A DNA stretch of 64,000 nucleotides from Candidatus Poribacteria bacterium (GTDB lineage Bacteria; Poribacteria; WGA-4E; WGA-3G): NCBI GenBank assembly GCA_963665235.2, contig CAXXLX010000001.1, forward strand, positions 2,688,001 through 2,752,000, written 5' to 3'. This document shows positions 49,174 through 58,286 of this stretch, one piece after another. Each line of letters opens with the position of its first letter. Within the stretch, counting starts at the first letter, position 1. The notes beneath the pieces are model-generated. The model had not been told where the DNA came from. It saw only the letters and a program-made list of their open reading frames with translations, and searched no databases. The position numbers and the translations under genes were made by a program.

Positions 49174-50007
49174 TCACTCGATTCGCCTTGTCTGGCCCAT
49201 CCCCATCGTTGTTTTGTAGCCCGTACCGCAGTAGAACGCGAAATCTGCCAAACAGTTGACTGCCCGGAGTATCTCCAGATTGAGCGAATCTTCGGGATAG
49301 AACACACATGCACAGGTGCCGACCTGTCCGGTTACAGCATGTTTTCCGTAGTCGAGTCTCTTTGATTCTGCTCTGACGTTCGTTACCTGTCCATGTTCAT
49401 CAACGAAGTCGAGGATTTCAGATTTGTCGAGCTGTATAGGTGAAAAGGCGTTCCATTTGTTAACCCAGCTCCGATAACATCGGACAAGGTCGATGTAAGC
49501 ATCGTTCGATGTTTTCTCTCCTTTCGGTGTGAGTCGGCGAAATGCCGTGGGAGAATAGAATCGGAACGACATCCGTGTATCGGTTTTTGCGGATTCAATG
49601 AGTTCGGCGTATGTCGTACTTCCGCTCCAACTTTGGTCCTCTGTTGCGTGTGACGTGAGCTGTTTTACCTGAAATACTGCATCGTCACCTAACCGAATGG
49701 GTGGCATTGTGGGTGTCAAAAAGGCTTTCCCGAAGTGTTGAAATAACTCGTCATCAAGGAAGGTGTATCGGAGTTTGCACTCGGTGCCTGCCGTGATGTG
49801 CAGTCGATTGCCGCGTTTTTTTACTTTGCCGAGCAGCGGTGAGACGGTAAACGGTTTTTGTGATGCATGTGCATGTACCGCTGTGGCGACTTCGGGATTG
49901 CTCTGTTTGAGTATGGCGAGAAATGCGGCGTGTGCATGGTGTCCCATTGTGGGTCGCAGCGTGACATCGGTTGGCGGGATGAGTGATATGAGTGTGCTAA
50001 TGGGCAT
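49174..50007 (-). CDS. cas6: CRISPR-associated endoribonuclease Cas6
   Basis: KPFTVSPL, F.SPTAF, C-terminal G-loop AFYCGTGYKTTMGMGQ. Confidence 0.95.
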   Translation of the reverse strand: MPISTLISLIPPTDVTLRPTMGHHAHAAFLAILKQSNPEVATAVHAHASQKPFTVSPLLGKVKKRGNRLHITAGTECKLRYTFLDDELFQHFGKAFLTPTMPPIRLGDDAVFQVKQLTSHATEDQSWSGSTTYAELIESAKTDTRMSFRFYSPTAFRRLTPKGEKTSNDAYIDLVRCYRSWVNKWNAFSPIQLDKSEILDFVDEHGQVTNVRAESKRLDYGKHAVTGQVGTCACVFYPEDSLNLEILRAVNCLADFAFYCGTGYKTTMGMGQTRRIE

Positions 50008-50024
50008 GTGCGGGTCTCCTTTCC

Positions 50025-51917
50025 TTAATCAATGTTCAAAAGGCTCAACTGTTCTCCTTTTTCTGGAACGGGCTCGATAGGTTTCTCTGGTTTTGGGCGT
50101 TCTGTCCCAATTGGTTCTGTAGGGGGACGTTGTATTTCATCTTCCGACTGCGGTTTTTCGAAGTCCTTCAAATAATGCAACCGAATTTCCTTAGGCTTGT
50201 CGTCTTTATCGGTTGTGTGATAAACAAATTTTTGCCGGTACCCGCTTGTGCCACGGTTTTCAAACACTTTGGGCGGGACGATATAGCCTAACTCTTCACA
50301 AAAGTAAGATTCTGGAACTTCAACAAAGAGTTCTTTAGAATAGATGCTTCCACCCCAGTTAAGCTGAACAAATTTGAATTTCTTATCACGTTCGTCATAA
50401 GACCGATGGTATACCTTGAAGTCTGGGTTTACAGACTCATCCCTATCTTCGTCTTTCCAAGCGATACAACTGCGGATAGAGACACTCACAGCGTTTTCTG
50501 GTGGGTGGTTATCAGACTCCTGTGGCACTTTGGTTGTGAGGGTTAGCGAGGGTTCAAAACTCCGTGTAATGACAATCCCTCTATCGTGCAAAGGTTTGTT
50601 TTCAAGACGTGCCTCATAGACGTATTCATACAACATATCAAAGAGCACTTCTGCCCTATAGTCGGAATGTGGTGCGTATTCCATGAGTGAAAGGATGTCG
50701 CCCGGGTTGAAGTTGCCACCACTCTGCTGCTGCAATTTCTCAAGATATTCCTCTGTTTTCTCTTCTGAAAGAATAGAGAGAAATGCGGGAATTTTGTCAC
50801 CTACAACGACGATTTCTGCGTTAGGAATTTTCCCCTTGCGATTGCACCGTCCTGCGCGTTGGATGAGCGAATCAGGATTACACAATTCTGTGATAAGCAG
50901 ATCCGCGTCAAGGTCACATCCCACCTCAATTGCACTCGTCGTGAAAAGCAGGTAACCTTCTTTGTTGCGTTCACGTTCCTTTAGTTTACGATAGATTTTC
51001 TTACGTTGTGAATTGGTAAGTCGACCGTGGTAGAGAAAAATGTTTTCCCCGCCGTTGTGCTTTTTCATATACTGGTAAACCGGAATGAGATTCTCAATCG
51101 TTTCGATAGTGACAATAGTCCGCTTATCTGGCTCGTAGTGCTTAGAGGCATAGGCACAGATTTCGTTTCTAACCTCTTTCCGCTTGGCAGCAATATGCTG
51201 AATCGCCTTATTTGGAAAGGGTCTATTCTGGTATTCCGCGAGGTTTTCCTGATTATTCCCTGTGGTATAGTCAATTGTATCTAGGAAATCCAGTCCATTT
51301 TGATATGTATCGGGCATCGTTGCTGTCATAACGACCATATCGAGATTGGCTTTGTAAAGTGCCTTGATAAGACGTTCAAAATTGACAAACGCAACGCCAT
51401 CATAAGAGTGGGCCTCATCAAAACAGAAAAGATTCCTGCGTTGACCGCTATGGTGAATCCGAAACGGGTAGATATAAGACTTCTTAGGTTCACCAAATCC
51501 GAAAAATCGGTACAGGAATTTGTCAAACGTTGTAAGGATCACATCGCCATCGTAGAGGTGCCGTTTCCCCTCTGGTAGTGCTTTGCCCTCCTTAAAAACA
51601 GTGCGAACAGACTCTACGCCGGTGTCGATAACAAGGGTATGAGACTTGTCTGTCTTTTCGGAGGCCCGCTGGAGGTATTCTTCGCACCGCTCAATCTGAT
51701 CGTCAACGAGGCTGCGTGAAGGAAAGATAAGGAAAAGTCGACGACAGGACTCAAGGCTTGGGATAAGAACAGCCTCCGTTTTTCCGCTACCAGTGGGTGC
51801 TTTGAGCAGAAGTGCAGGATTCTTGCCTTCTGTCTCGATGTGAGTAAAAAGTTCTTCTTGCATCGGATTTGGATTGAACTTTGTGAACTGTTGATATGCC
51901 GCTATTTTGCTGGACAT
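50025..51917 (-). CDS. cas3: Cas3' helicase without HD domain
   Basis: APTGSGKTE, FDEAH, MTAT, YHGR, EVGCD, QRAGRCNR; AAGGAG RBS before ATG 51917. Confidence 0.93.
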   Translation of the reverse strand: MSSKIAAYQQFTKFNPNPMQEELFTHIETEGKNPALLLKAPTGSGKTEAVLIPSLESCRRLFLIFPSRSLVDDQIERCEEYLQRASEKTDKSHTLVIDTGVESVRTVFKEGKALPEGKRHLYDGDVILTTFDKFLYRFFGFGEPKKSYIYPFRIHHSGQRRNLFCFDEAHSYDGVAFVNFERLIKALYKANLDMVVMTATMPDTYQNGLDFLDTIDYTTGNNQENLAEYQNRPFPNKAIQHIAAKRKEVRNEICAYASKHYEPDKRTIVTIETIENLIPVYQYMKKHNGGENIFLYHGRLTNSQRKKIYRKLKERERNKEGYLLFTTSAIEVGCDLDADLLITELCNPDSLIQRAGRCNRKGKIPNAEIVVVGDKIPAFLSILSEEKTEEYLEKLQQQSGGNFNPGDILSLMEYAPHSDYRAEVLFDMLYEYVYEARLENKPLHDRGIVITRSFEPSLTLTTKVPQESDNHPPENAVSVSIRSCIAWKDEDRDESVNPDFKVYHRSYDERDKKFKFVQLNWGGSIYSKELFVEVPESYFCEELGYIVPPKVFENRGTSGYRQKFVYHTTDKDDKPKEIRLHYLKDFEKPQSEDEIQRPPTEPIGTERPKPEKPIEPVPEKGEQLSLLNID

Positions 51918-52687
51918 AAAATCATCTCCTTTTGTCGACAATCTGTATATTGGGGAGCGTATTCAAGCATCTCCTTTAACTTCCTTAACCGCTGTGCCGG
52001 ATTTTCCGATTCCAAATCAACTGCGATTTCCTTCTGTTCTTTAGTGCCGATTTCCCATTCGTAGTATTTCATCGGCAAAACGATATCCGAGTCTGTACCG
52101 AAAGGATCAAACGGTTCGACTTCAATTTTGCCATCTTTTCTCATTCGGGAATGGAAATCCATGAACACACGCGGTTGCGGCTCACCGGTGAACGCGTAGG
52201 TTTCAATCTCTGCTTCAATTTGGTCGCACATTTCCAACGTGTACAGATCTATCGGAAAATTATCAGCAAACTCGGCATACTCCCCATCATTTTTTAACTC
52301 TGCTACTGCTTTTGCAATACCTTCTACCGAAAATTCGTGATGAAGTCGAATAAGTAATTCAACATATCGATTGTCATCGGAAACTCTAAAACGGTGCCCA
52401 GCGAAGGAGTACGCTAAACATTTTTCTGCCCCTTGTTTAGTGTCACGATATAGGACGCGAAACGTGATTGGTTTGGCATTGTCATGCTTTTGAGCAGCAC
52501 GGATTAGCCATTCACGGGTTTTGCTGCAATCAACTTTGAAATGTTTGGGATTAAATCGCTTTACTAATTGGACAACATTTCCGACGTGGCTTTCTAAGCT
52601 CAGAGCAGTGACCCTCTTTAGGTTAGGGCCAACCTTCGGGTGAAAGAAAACACGACCGATGTTAATTGCATCATTCTTTTCAGCCAT
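51902..52687 (-). CDS. Stand-alone Cas3'' HD nuclease
   Basis: SLESH...KHDNAK...GHR...LHH...CDQIEA matches the Cas3 HD metal-ligand pattern. Confidence 0.85.
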   Translation of the reverse strand: MAEKNDAINIGRVFFHPKVGPNLKRVTALSLESHVGNVVQLVKRFNPKHFKVDCSKTREWLIRAAQKHDNAKPITFRVLYRDTKQGAEKCLAYSFAGHRFRVSDDNRYVELLIRLHHEFSVEGIAKAVAELKNDGEYAEFADNFPIDLYTLEMCDQIEAEIETYAFTGEPQPRVFMDFHSRMRKDGKIEVEPFDPFGTDSDIVLPMKYYEWEIGTKEQKEIAVDLESENPAQRLRKLKEMLEYAPQYTDCRQKEMILCPAK

Positions 52688-53462
52688 TTTTTACACCTCC
52701 CATTAACTCATCGACAAATAGTTTCGGTAGGTAGTGTTTGCCATCAGTATAATAATCGAGTTCAATCTCACCGTGGATTTCTCCGGCGACAAATGGAATA
52801 AACCCCTTAATGGAACTCGGCTCTGGATGTGCAAGGTTTATGCGTTCAGACGCTCCCACGCCCCAAGCATAACGATATAATGGAAACGCCTCACACGGCT
52901 CGCCGATGAGTGCGGTCCCAGGTAGTAACGTATCAGGTTTCACTTTCGTGTGTTCAAGAGTGAGTTCAGTGGGGCCGAGAACCCTTTCTACAAAGGCATA
53001 TCCCTCTTTGCCAATTTTGCAACCGAAGTTTTCAACAGTTGCCAATTGGCTTAGGAGTTTTTCGTCTTCCGAAACGACATAACCGATGAGCTTTTCAGCG
53101 AATAGGTATTCCCACGTATGGAGCTGATAGACCTCCTTTGTGGAATGGTAACGAACAATTCGCGAGAAAGCGTTATGGTTGAAGGACCTAATTCCTTGCC
53201 GCTTTGTTGTATGAACACTGTACATCCCTGCTTTTGGATACGCCCCAAGCGGACAAAGCTGGGGGGGCAGAGCATAGTAATCCGGATTTTTAACCGCGGT
53301 GCCGGGGAGATGCCCGGCCTCCAGCAGCTTAAGGCGGCGTAGAAAACCGGACATCGTTGTAGGCGGTAAAAACGAGTACGTACTAATATGTAGGATAGAC
53401 GATGGCAGCCGCCGAAATGTCAATCCTGATGTCGGTTTAATTATCAGTTCCAGCATCCACAT
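52680..53462 (-). CDS. cas5: Cas5-family RAMP
   Basis: STYSFLPPTTMSGFL and G-loop GCKIGKEG; lies after cas7; GAGGGGG RBS before ATG 53462. Confidence 0.8.
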   Translation of the reverse strand: MWMLELIIKPTSGLTFRRLPSSILHISTYSFLPPTTMSGFLRRLKLLEAGHLPGTAVKNPDYYALPPQLCPLGAYPKAGMYSVHTTKRQGIRSFNHNAFSRIVRYHSTKEVYQLHTWEYLFAEKLIGYVVSEDEKLLSQLATVENFGCKIGKEGYAFVERVLGPTELTLEHTKVKPDTLLPGTALIGEPCEAFPLYRYAWGVGASERINLAHPEPSSIKGFIPFVAGEIHGEIELDYYTDGKHYLPKLFVDELMGGVKNG

Positions 53463-54420
53463 TATTGAGTACCCCCTCTTCAAACTTAATTAGATACTCC
53501 GATAGTTTAGCGATGGCAGCGTTCCCAATGTACCGGTGGAAATTTCCTTGGGTCAATTCGCTGGCCGGTTCCTGTTCGCTCCCCGCGACAGAAAAGACAG
53601 CTTTTTTAAACTGCTTTTTCGCAGTTTCAACGTCTGTAATAACAGGTGAAACCACTGGCCGTTTGCCGAGTGGGGCAAGGTACCGATCAACAACAATCCA
53701 CGGTTCATCAACATCTTCAATAAGCGGAGCGTCATGAATCTTAACTCCCTTCGGATTACCCGCGCCTAACCTTGCCAATGCCCCCATAAATGCATAAGAG
53801 ACAGTTGAAAATTCACTTTCTGTCATGCTTAAGCAGTGATTGTAGACAGGATAGAGAAGTCCGGGTTGATTGTACTCCCGTTTGAAGGGGGTCGGTGTAG
53901 GGTCCGATTCAGGGGCTTTGTGCAACATTGAAGGATGCATTGCACGCTGCTTTTCTTCAGGGGCCAGCGGTTGAATGGCGACACCACCGCTATGCGTCAA
54001 CCGGCCGATGAGAGTTGTTGCAGGACGTTCTTCGCCGCCCTCTACCTTGGTTTTACTTGTAATGAGACCTCCGAACACGCGACATATCGGACACTCAGCT
54101 TTACTACACGTATGCGGAATGCCGCAATCCAAGGTATCGCCTAGCAGGCCATTACCTTTCGGTGCCCAAATTAATGAGCGCCGCTCTACCCCACGGCGTT
54201 TTGTTGGTGAGAGATAACATTTCTCAAATTCGTTCTTATCACCGTTATTATTGGGTGATGGAATAGTGACCGTTTCAACAATGTTAACGTTCACTTGCGT
54301 TTCGTGCCCAAAAAAGAGCTCTTGTCCACCTTCGAGAATCGCGTAAATGTCGAAGTGAAATCGGGGTTCGTCGGTATAGTCCTCAAGTCCTGTTTTCACA
54401 CGAATTGCTTTAGTTGCCAT
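53437..54420 (-). CDS. cas7: Cas7-family backbone protein, divergent Csc2/Cas7d-like
   Basis: KRRGVERR, C..C..CPICRVFG Zn motif, E...PGLLYP, RLGAG parallel the Csc2 motifs. Confidence 0.8.
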   Translation of the reverse strand: MATKAIRVKTGLEDYTDEPRFHFDIYAILEGGQELFFGHETQVNVNIVETVTIPSPNNNGDKNEFEKCYLSPTKRRGVERRSLIWAPKGNGLLGDTLDCGIPHTCSKAECPICRVFGGLITSKTKVEGGEERPATTLIGRLTHSGGVAIQPLAPEEKQRAMHPSMLHKAPESDPTPTPFKREYNQPGLLYPVYNHCLSMTESEFSTVSYAFMGALARLGAGNPKGVKIHDAPLIEDVDEPWIVVDRYLAPLGKRPVVSPVITDVETAKKQFKKAVFSVAGSEQEPASELTQGNFHRYIGNAAIAKLSEYLIKFEEGVLNNVDAGTDN

Positions 54421-54424
54421 TTGA

Positions 54425-56650
54425 TTAGTCTCCTTTTTGATTGAATAGGGATGCGAACTTCGCGTAGAGGTTCAGTTTGAGCTGATAAGACAATTTCCGT
54501 TGCTGTGCCTTATCGTCGTATTTCTCATACAACTTGGCATAGGCGTTTAAAATGTCGTCAAAAAAGATAGTGAGCGACTCTTGCCCTTTGTCGGTGTGCC
54601 CCTCACGGTCGGATAGATCCAACTTAAGAGTATCTGCTAGCAGCCGCTTCGCCTGATCGTAACAAAAGTAGTTATCATTGCTGCGGTACATCGTAGCGCG
54701 TGTGCCGGGAAGACCATCAGAGGCTTCGTAGTTAAAAAAACTTGGGTTTACAACTTTTTCAATGAGTTTTTTGACTTCCCGCTGGACAGTGTCAGGGCTC
54801 TCTTTTTTTCTTAACTCACCGCGAAGGTAGTCACAATAAGCATAAGTTAACCCTGTGAGAGCAGCTACATTACGGGAAAATTCTGCTTGTTTCGACATCA
54901 ATTTATCTCCTTTTGAGGATTGTTCAAGTAGGGTACAGTGCTTTTCACGGAGTTCCTCAAGACTCCGTTTTTCACTGTATGATTGGACACGAATTGGCGT
55001 GACTTGAGGAGATTCTGCTGTTACGAGTTTATAGATTGCAGGAATCACCTCATCTTTCTGGATAAGCCGAATCGCTTGGCATAGCGGCATATTGTCTTTG
55101 CCGTTCACGACAAGGCGTGGCTTAAAACTCTCGTGGACATGACTAAGCCAGACTAGATGTCGGGTTGGCAGCCGAATCTCCGATTCCCCCGTGAAGAGTT
55201 TAAAATGCATCTTGTCAAGTGCATTGGTTGGCAGCGTTTGCGCGACGCGCCAAAGAGCATACTGCACTTGCCCAATCTTTTCTGATACGGGTGTTGAACC
55301 TACAAAATCATTGCACTTAATTAGTAAATACTGCCCTGCGATCAGGTTCAATTCCCCAAGGGTTAGCATTTGGAGGTATTTCTCAGGTGAAATCAATTCG
55401 TCTTTTTCGGACAGGTAAGACAAACGAACAATAATCGTGCCACCTGTTAGTTTAATCGGACAACCGAAAGCAACTGAAAGGCAATCGAGACAAATAGAAG
55501 GCTGTGCTTGTCCACTTCCCGATTGTAACCTTTGAGAAGGATCAGAGAAAACAAATCGATTTGCTTCTGGTTTGCCTTTAAATCTACGGATTTCACTTCT
55601 GGGAGGCAAAAATCCACCACAAGCGTAGCACCGGTTTTTGGCAGCATCACCTGCACTGTGCATAGAGGCTTGTGCTATCTCGTCAACCGAAGTCAGAGGA
55701 CAATCCAAGGGCTTGATCTCTTCCCTGAGGATCTCAATGATCTTGTCTTCGATTTTCCCTTTCTTTGCGCGAGGTTTCACTGTTCCGTAAGAGAACTGGG
55801 TTGCACCTTTACGGTTGAATCGGCGGGAAAGCTTTAGGGCTTTATCAAAGAGCCTCATGGTTTCATCAGGACTGCCACCGTTCCGCAACTCATTGTGCAA
55901 TTCGATTAAGAGTTGCTTAAATTCTGCCCGATTTTCTGTTCGTGCAGTCTTTCGCTCCTCGTCAGTTTTGGCTTTCCTATAGTTATCGGGGTAGCGGACA
56001 ACTCTTTCCTCAAGCGTTGCGATGTAAAACGCTGCCTGCCAAAGTTTCATAGATTCCGTTACCGATGGAAAATGGACATAACCAAAACCTCTGTCTGTCA
56101 ACTTCATACTATTCACAAACAGTGTAAAGGATTTATATAACTCGTTTTCCGAATAAGCAAATTCGACGAACTGTTGCCATTCATCCGCAAGTTGAAAATC
56201 TGTCTCTGGAATAAACAGCGTAACCGTCAGATCATTTTCAGAAAGGCGAATGGCACACTTCTCTCGCTGTAGGAATTCGATAAACCGTTTAATCAGAGTA
56301 TCGTAAGCGAGACGCATTTGTATCTCTTGTGGAAGCACAGCTCGATAATAGTTGTATACTTTACCAATCTGCTCATCCCCGAGGAGAATAACCCCGCCCT
56401 CACCGACAGAAAGGTTATCAATCGGCTTCGGAGGCAGGTTCATTTCTAAGGGTTGATTTCTCAACTGTTCGGCATTTCGGATAACGCGTAAGGCATTCAT
56501 ATCGTCCCACCAATTTTTAAGTTGATCGTACTCCCCCTCACGGTGCATCCGATGAACGAATGTCTCAAGGGCTGCTGTAGCCTCACTCAAGTTTATCGAC
56601 GCAAAGTAAGCGGCTAAGATTTTGTCTTTTTGTTGGTTGTCTATGACCAT
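54425..56650 (-). CDS. Type I large subunit (Cas10d/Cas8-like, no N-terminal HD) with embedded Cas11 start
   Basis: First gene of the effector operon; CYACG...ICLDC Zn finger; helical C-terminus; internal AAGGAG-N8-ATG at 54898. Confidence 0.75.
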   Translation of the reverse strand: MVIDNQQKDKILAAYFASINLSEATAALETFVHRMHREGEYDQLKNWWDDMNALRVIRNAEQLRNQPLEMNLPPKPIDNLSVGEGGVILLGDEQIGKVYNYYRAVLPQEIQMRLAYDTLIKRFIEFLQREKCAIRLSENDLTVTLFIPETDFQLADEWQQFVEFAYSENELYKSFTLFVNSMKLTDRGFGYVHFPSVTESMKLWQAAFYIATLEERVVRYPDNYRKAKTDEERKTARTENRAEFKQLLIELHNELRNGGSPDETMRLFDKALKLSRRFNRKGATQFSYGTVKPRAKKGKIEDKIIEILREEIKPLDCPLTSVDEIAQASMHSAGDAAKNRCYACGGFLPPRSEIRRFKGKPEANRFVFSDPSQRLQSGSGQAQPSICLDCLSVAFGCPIKLTGGTIIVRLSYLSEKDELISPEKYLQMLTLGELNLIAGQYLLIKCNDFVGSTPVSEKIGQVQYALWRVAQTLPTNALDKMHFKLFTGESEIRLPTRHLVWLSHVHESFKPRLVVNGKDNMPLCQAIRLIQKDEVIPAIYKLVTAESPQVTPIRVQSYSEKRSLEELREKHCTLLEQSSKGDKLMSKQAEFSRNVAALTGLTYAYCDYLRGELRKKESPDTVQREVKKLIEKVVNPSFFNYEASDGLPGTRATMYRSNDNYFCYDQAKRLLADTLKLDLSDREGHTDKGQESLTIFFDDILNAYAKLYEKYDDKAQQRKLSYQLKLNLYAKFASLFNQKGD

Positions 56651-56684
56651 CTTGAATCCCCCTTTTTATTAAGTATAACACACG

Positions 56685-56710
56685 ATCAGTCGCACAAACC
56701 TGCGCCTGAT
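56685..56710. promoter_or_regulatory. Palindromic operator upstream of the cas operon, candidate WYL-regulator site
   Basis: ATCAGTCGCA-N6-TGCGCCTGAT just upstream of an extended -10 (TGtTATACT) on the minus strand. Confidence 0.6.
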
Positions 56711-56855
56711 GAAAAAAATCTTGAAAAAATTTCGCTTATTCCCATTTTTACGAAAATATTTTGAGAAAAGCGGATAACGGATTAACTCTATCAAACCGGT
56801 GCTGTCCTTGGATTTACGGGTGTGACGGGCGATGAATCGCCCTACTACGAACAGA

Positions 56856-57827
56856 TTAACTGCCTGTATACAACTTCACCATCCCGCGTGCTGTCTTTGC
56901 AACCCACTCCCGCAATTCCTTCGGTTGTAGGACTTTTGCCTCATTGCCCCAACTTAAGACCCACCAACCGATTTCGTGCCAACCCGCGACCGTTACCTCA
57001 AAACGCAATGCACCTTTGTCTGTTTCTTCCATCTGCTGCGTTGCATGCCAATTCACCTCTCGAATCAGCGGGGCGAGACGGTTTGCGAACAGAATAACAA
57101 CATGCGTATCCGGTCCAAGCCTGATATCCCAACTTTTCTCAAGATATTTCTGCACAGAGAAATCCGCAGGAATCGTATACTCCGACTGTCCAATCGTAAG
57201 AGAGTCAATGCGGTTGATACGAAATGTTAGCACCTGATTAAACTTTTCTGAAAGACCGATGACATACCACGCGCGTTTACGAAATAGCACCGCGTAAGGT
57301 GAAAGTCGATGGCGCGTTCTCTTTCCGCTACTGAAGGAATTATATTCCATAATAACCCGCCGCCGTTCACGAATTGCTTGATATAACAACTCCTTATGCG
57401 CTTCCGTTTCATCAGTAGAACTCACCTGTTGATTCGGAATCTCAATCTGTGGCGCAAGTTGATTTAAGGTATCGCTTGTTTGCTTCGGTAAAGTGGAAGT
57501 GATTTTATGAATTGCACTTTCCAACGCTTCAACCGCTTGTTTACCTTCCGCTGCCCGGTAAAAGTTTGCTGCTGTAAATAGGGCAAGTGCTTCCTCAAAG
57601 GTAAGGTTGAGGGGAGGCAGAAAAAAGTCAGAGATCATTTCATAACCCTGCTTGCCACGTGGCACAATCTGGATTCCCATTTCACACAATAGGTTAATAT
57701 CCCGTTGGATAGTTGCCTTGTTAACTCCAAGGTGTTCTGCCAACCGAGGCCGTGTCCACTGACATGGTTCACGGTGAATAAGGTTTGCAACTTCAATGAT
57801 GCGTGCCATCTGATATGTTCTATGCAT
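56856..57827 (-). CDS. HTH-WYL-WCX transcriptional regulator (YafY/PafBC family)
   Basis: LAEHLGVNKATIQRDI HTH, PPLNLTFEEALAL, WYVIG, TFRINRI, VLQPKELR. Confidence 0.95.
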   Translation of the reverse strand: MHRTYQMARIIEVANLIHREPCQWTRPRLAEHLGVNKATIQRDINLLCEMGIQIVPRGKQGYEMISDFFLPPLNLTFEEALALFTAANFYRAAEGKQAVEALESAIHKITSTLPKQTSDTLNQLAPQIEIPNQQVSSTDETEAHKELLYQAIRERRRVIMEYNSFSSGKRTRHRLSPYAVLFRKRAWYVIGLSEKFNQVLTFRINRIDSLTIGQSEYTIPADFSVQKYLEKSWDIRLGPDTHVVILFANRLAPLIREVNWHATQQMEETDKGALRFEVTVAGWHEIGWWVLSWGNEAKVLQPKELREWVAKTARGMVKLYTGS

Positions 57828-57928
57828 AATATCCTCTCAGCAATTTAGACAATTTCCAAAGTCTTCAAACGAAAATGCTATATGAAATCCAAGTTTCGGG
57901 CAAAAGTTAAAAAAACAGTAAAATTTTC

Positions 57929-57957
57929 TTGACATTTTACGGAAAATAGGATATAAT
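57929..57957 (+). promoter_or_regulatory. Perfect-consensus sigma70 promoter driving the tandem ncRNAs
   Basis: TTGACA-N17-TATAAT with no plausible downstream CDS on the + strand. Confidence 0.85.
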
Positions 57958-57977
57958 ATTATCAAACATTTTACTTG

Positions 57978-58214
57978 CAGAAGTAAAATCACAGCCGAAA
58001 ACTATTGCGTATGCTGAGGTGCCTGCTGACCGGTCGGCAGGATAGGTTGTCCATCTCTAACCAAGGTGGTTTTCTGTCGGTAACGATCCACAGTTTAAAA
58101 CCCTAGATGAGAATCAGAAGTAAAATAGCAGCCGAAAACTGTTGCGTATGCTGAGGTGCCTACCGACCGGTCGGTAGGATAGGTTGCCCATCTTTCACCG
58201 AGATGGTTTTCTGT
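57978..58214 (+). ncRNA. Two tandem ~100-nt structured RNAs (DUF3800-associated motif type) separated by 37 nt
   Basis: Copies at 57978-58077 and 58115-58214 with compensatory or pairing-preserving changes in three stems. Confidence 0.8.
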
Positions 58215-58259
58215 AGCATATAGCGTAACTGATAAGTGGGAACACTTCCCAGCTTGTCC

Positions 58260-58283
58260 GGGCGAGGTTATCATGCCTCGCCC
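58260..58283. terminator. REP-like hairpin between the convergent ncRNA and DUF3800 transcripts
   Basis: gggcgagg-N8-cctcgccc, no clear U-tract. Confidence 0.45.
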
Positions 58284-58286
58284 CAC

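Noticed and set aside
57944-57975. Mini-array spacer targeting the ncRNA promoter (TAGGAT...TATCAAACATTTTA)
   Set aside because: Needs a 2-nt gap and has no GTN upstream; weaker than the DUF3800 site and likely AT-rich chance
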